From Dehalococcoidia bacterium (GTDB taxonomy: Bacteria; Chloroflexota; Dehalococcoidia; UBA2979), in the NCBI GenBank assembly GCA_030684635.1, contig JAUXUW010000129.1, positions 1-63,846 of the forward strand: a DNA stretch of 63,846 bases, written 5' to 3'. The translations under genes were made by a program, and so were the position numbers. Positions 62,602 through 63,846 of this stretch are shown here, one piece after another. Positions within the stretch are counted from its first letter, which is position 1. The number at the start of each line of letters is the position of its first letter. The notes beneath the pieces are model-generated. The model worked only from the letters and a program-made list of their open reading frames with translations. It made no database searches and had not been told where the DNA came from.

Positions 62602-63846
62602 CGCGCGGTCTCCCAGTACGAGCGCTCACCAGCGCGCGACGCCACGATCTCGCGTACCTCGATCATCGCCGTATACGTCGCGACGATGTCGAGCGTGCCG
62701 CCCTCCGGCGTCGCCGCGAGTGCGGCGTCCAGCGCCGGGCCGGTCTCGCCGACCGTGGCGTCCGGCGTGCGCCCCGCGATGTGGAAGCGCAGCGCCAGGT
62801 CGTCCGCGCGCGCTCCCGCGCAGGTCAGCTGATCGAGGCGTGCCGTGAGCCGTTCCAGGTCCGCGTCGTAGATCCAGGAGACGTCCTGCCCGTCCTGGAT
62901 ACCGTCGTTCAGGAAGGCGAGCACGTGGAGCGGCCGCTCCGCGGCGAGCAGCGCACGCACGATCTCGTTGAGGCCGGCCGGGTTCTTCGCGAGCCAGATC
63001 CGCACCGCGCGCCCGCCCACCTCGAACCGCTCCTGCCGCCCGAAGGCCGGCCCGGCCGCCGCGATCGCGGCCACCGAGGTCGCGAGCGGGACGCCGAGCG
63101 CGCGACCGGCGGCAACCGCCGCCAGCGCGTTGTAGACGGAATAGAGGCCGGCGGCGGGCAACACGAGTGTCGCCTGCTCCTCGCCGGAGACCACCTCCAC
63201 CTCGCTCGACGCGGCGCTGAGGGCGACCCGGCGAGCGAACACCTGCGGCGCCTGCCGCGCGCGCCCGCACGCATCGCAGCGCCACCAGCCCACATGGCCC
63301 ATGGTCACCGCCTCGTGCTTCACGCGCGCACCACACGCGCAGAAGCGCGCATCCGTGGCGTGCTCCGCGAGGGTGAGCGCCACGGAGCGGTCCTCCACGC
63401 CGAAGAGGACCACGGGACCGCGCGCGTGGTCCGCGAGCGCGGCGACGGAGGGGTCATCTGCGTTCAGCACCAGCGTCGGCGTCCCCGCGCCGGCATCCAG
63501 CATGCGCGCCCAGCCGGCGGCGACGGAGTCGATCTCGCCATACCGGTCGAGCTGGTCACGGAACAGGTTGAGGAATACGGCCACGCGCGGACGCAGCCGG
63601 GGAAACAGCGCCGGGAGCACTGCCTCGTCCACCTCGAACAGCCCGACGGTGTTCACGGCGTCCGCGATCCGTCCGTCCGCGCCGGCGGCATCTACCAGCG
63701 CGGTCACCAGACCGCGTTCGAGGTTGGAGCCGGTGCGGTTGGTGAGCGGCGTCATGCCCGCGGCGGTCGCGATCGCGGCGACCAGGTGCGTGGTCGTGGT
63801 CTTCCCGTTCGTCCCGGTGACGGTGATGACGCCCTGACCGGGCTGC
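62598..63846 (-). CDS. murT: MurT-like Mur-ligase-family protein (lipid II isoglutaminyl synthase subunit); 5-prime end beyond the window
   Basis: The reading frame stays open to the window edge. Reverse translation of 63846-63750 gives QPGQGVITVTGTNGKTTTTHLVAAIATAAGMTPL (Mur ligase P-loop). There is an internal CxxC...CDAC ribbon and a DUF1727-like C-terminus. Confidence 0.88.
   Translation of the reverse strand, partial: QPGQGVITVTGTNGKTTTTHLVAAIATAAGMTPLTNRTGSNLERGLVTALVDAAGADGRIADAVNTVGLFEVDEAVLPALFPRLRPRVAVFLNLFRDQLDRYGEIDSVAAGWARMLDAGAGTPTLVLNADDPSVAALADHARGPVVLFGVEDRSVALTLAEHATDARFCACGARVKHEAVTMGHVGWWRCDACGRARQAPQVFARRVALSAASSEVEVVSGEEQATLVLPAAGLYSVYNALAAVAAGRALGVPLATSVAAIAAAGPAFGRQERFEVGGRAVRIWLAKNPAGLNEIVRALLAAERPLHVLAFLNDGIQDGQDVSWIYDADLERLTARLDQLTCAGARADDLALRFHIAGRTPDATVGETGPALDAALAATPEGGTLDIVATYTAMIEVREIVASRAGERSYWETAR

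Overview
This is a very GC-rich bacterial chromosomal window. Third codon positions are almost uniformly G/C, but I did not compute an exact GC value. It holds about 75 genes, roughly 90 percent on the minus strand.

**Gene content, left to right**
- The left 9 kb is the str/S10 ribosomal super-operon, read right to left: rpsL-rpsG-fusA-tuf-rpsJ-rplC-rplD-rplW-rplB-rpsS-rplV-rpsC-rplP. rplP is cut by the window edge.
- Housekeeping blocks follow:
  - an LmbE-type deacetylase plus an MshA-like GT4
  - folE
  - hom, a coiled-coil ORF, then thrC
  - a parvulin-like PPIase
  - rpsF-ssb-rpsR
  - an acyl-CoA dehydrogenase and glyA
  - TfoX, an unknown ORF, then ComF
  - an MFS transporter
  - a MoaD-MoaE fusion
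  - an orphan membrane ORF of lower GC
  - a replication block: rplI, dnaB, a DnaD-like gene and a tandem DnaC-like gene
  - a Tat/LysM wall protein
  - purQ-purL
  - a PgpH-type HD protein with YqeY and rpsU
  - a split-cytochrome-b Rieske/bc operon with tiny flanking ORFs
  - purF-purM-purH
  - folP-folK
- The right end carries a glutaredoxin-like gene, lgt, an M23 peptidase and gatD-murT (murT truncated by the window edge).

**Most notable region (51.3-59.7 kb)**
This is a dense, co-directional sulfur-carrier-protein supercluster.
- It contains three CysO/MoaD-type carriers, and each has its Gly-Gly terminus masked by extra residues.
- It also contains one ThiF/MoeB E1, one JAMM (Mec+-like) protease, a tandem rhodanese, CysM and CysK paralogs, and an Rrf2 regulator.
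- A second, long-form ThrC paralog plus a NIL-domain protein sit behind what reads as a SAM-I riboswitch.

**Other notable features**
- The MoaD-MoaE fusion has a duplicated ALIPPVAGG junction.
- A perfect 18-bp-arm palindrome carries two GAAC-N4-GTTC boxes inside back-to-back promoters.
- A DnaC-like loader contains two complete AAA+ modules.
- Several ribosomal proteins have low-complexity extensions.

**Lineage and limits**
- Synteny and motif types suggest a monoderm-type high-GC lineage, such as Thermomicrobia/Chloroflexota or something Actinobacteria-like. I cannot confirm this without searches.
- I found no rRNA, tRNA, CRISPR array, transposase or integrase.
- All product calls come from motif recognition in the supplied translations and from my own reading of the DNA, not from database searches.
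- CDS coordinates include the stop codon.
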